From NCBI RefSeq assembly GCF_004010195.1, contig NC_057718.1:92977569-93041568 (forward strand): 64,000 bases of DNA. Reading direction: 5' to 3'. Of this stretch, positions 63,770-64,000 are shown piece after piece. The stretch's first letter is position 1. Every line of letters begins with the position of its first letter. This stretch comes from Chiloscyllium plagiosum (Eukaryota). The position numbers were made by a program, and so were the translations under genes. The notes beneath the pieces were generated by a model. It did no database searches. It had not been told where the DNA came from and saw only the letters and a program-made list of their open reading frames with translations.

Positions 63770-64000
63770 TTAGTTAATGTGGTTCTGTTCGCCAAGCTGG
63801 AAATTTGTGTTGCAGACATTTCATCCCCTGTCTAGGTGACATCCTCAGTACTTGGGAGCCTCCTGTGAAGCGCTTCTGTGATATTTCCTCTGGCATTTGT
63901 AGCGGTTTGAATCTGCCGCTTCCGGTTGTCAGTTCCAGCTGTCCGCTGCAATAGTCGGTATATTGGGTCCAGGTCGATGTGCTTATTAATTGAATCTGTG
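63770..64000 (-). mobile_element. Penelope-like element 3' end, running off the window
   Basis: Minus translation TDSINKHIDLDPIY matches NSINKHIKLDPIY at about 47497-47537; hammerhead-like motif at 63812-63851. Confidence 0.8.

Overview
Eukaryotic genomic DNA from a cartilaginous fish, inferred from elasmobranch HE1-type SINEs, HER/CR1 LINEs and DeuSINE relics. One protein-coding gene can be supported: PAX1 on the + strand. It has 5 coding exons (12639-12642, 13217-13846, 15055-15197, 15345-15585, 20299-20390), all introns are GT-AG, and the CDS is 1110 nt (369 aa), with a paired domain and octapeptide but no homeodomain. The gene lies in a CpG-retaining domain of about 20 kb. The remaining ~43 kb is a gene desert of decayed mobile elements (CR1, Rex1/Babar, L2, Penelope, SINEs, two related solo LTRs, a Tigger-like MITE, a Harbinger relic) with several repeat-free candidate enhancer blocks. 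The most notable non-coding system is a set of Penelope-like elements plus three short non-coding families, probably derived from them. They carry minimal hammerhead-ribozyme cores (CUGANGA-stem II-GAAA-short palindrome-UH) with covarying stems, and many copies are fold-back palindromes flanked by 11-19 bp target-site duplications. Family names and cross-species comparisons are from memory; no database searches were run.
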